Shown here one piece after another: positions 42,924 through 43,028 of a stretch of 43,028 nucleotides of DNA. The DNA lies in IMG/VR virus record IMGVR_UViG_3300044667_000233, positions 1 to 43,028 of that record; one strand, written 5' to 3'. Source of the DNA: a virus. Its lineage: Duplodnaviria > Caudoviricetes. The number at the start of each line of letters is the position of its first letter. Positions within the stretch are counted from its first letter, which is position 1. The notes beneath the pieces are model-generated. The model searched no databases, was not told where the DNA came from, and worked only from the letters and a program-made list of their open reading frames with translations. Both the position numbers and the translations under genes were made by a program.

Positions 42924-43028
42924 GGGGCACTCCCGGTGAGCTCGGGCAGCAGCGCCAGGAGCTCGTCCTGGGCCGCGCGGGTCTCGGCGGCGCCGAGGCC
43001 GTGGGTCGGGGGGCTGAGCTTCACAGAG
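42920..43028 (-). CDS. 3' end of an upstream bacterial-type gene (...AAQDELLALLPELTGSAP*)
   Basis: ATGA coupling to CaiB start; high GC3. Confidence 0.45.
   Translation of the reverse strand, partial: SVKLSPPTHGLGAAETRAAQDELLALLPELTGSAP

Noticed and set aside
43021-43028. Terminal repeat with 99-106 (TCACAGAG)
   Set aside because: Only 8 bp, flanks differ and the last bases belong to the bacterial-like fragment; likely chance.

Overview
The window is a nearly complete, high-GC temperate siphovirus (HK97-type head, long non-contractile tail), apparently unintegrated and circularly permuted. A leftward early arm (1-2.7 kb; includes a RecT/Bet-like annealase) probably continues at the right end (42.8 kb down to xis/int at 38.2 kb). 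Then come divergent promoters, a rightward regulatory/replication arm (XRE, wHTH, LuxR, ECF-like sigma, O-like initiator plus iteron origin, VRR-NUC), packaging and head genes (9.3-16 kb), head-tail and tail genes (18.7-33.7 kb), lysis genes (35-37.2 kb) and an intact attP (3' half of tRNA-Arg(CCG)) inside the integrase ORF. The last ~180 bp look like bacterial DNA (5' end of a CaiB/BaiF CoA-transferase gene). The host cannot be fixed from sequence alone; the initiator and tRNA style suggest Chloroflexota or a similar high-GC phylum (inference). Most notable: (i) a covarying structured leader upstream of three unrelated antisense genes in the late operon (two NUMOD4-HNH genes, one O-acyltransferase); (ii) integration is predicted to create a stop codon that removes 34 aa from the integrase; (iii) a methyltransferase-glycosyltransferase fusion between two HNH genes in a head module with AT-rich codon patches; (iv) an integrase-arm-domain/DUF559 nuclease fusion; (v) a 27-aa peptide resembling a mature Flp pilin; (vi) a +1 UUU-CGA tail-chaperone frameshift. 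All assignments come from motif recognition by eye; no searches were run.
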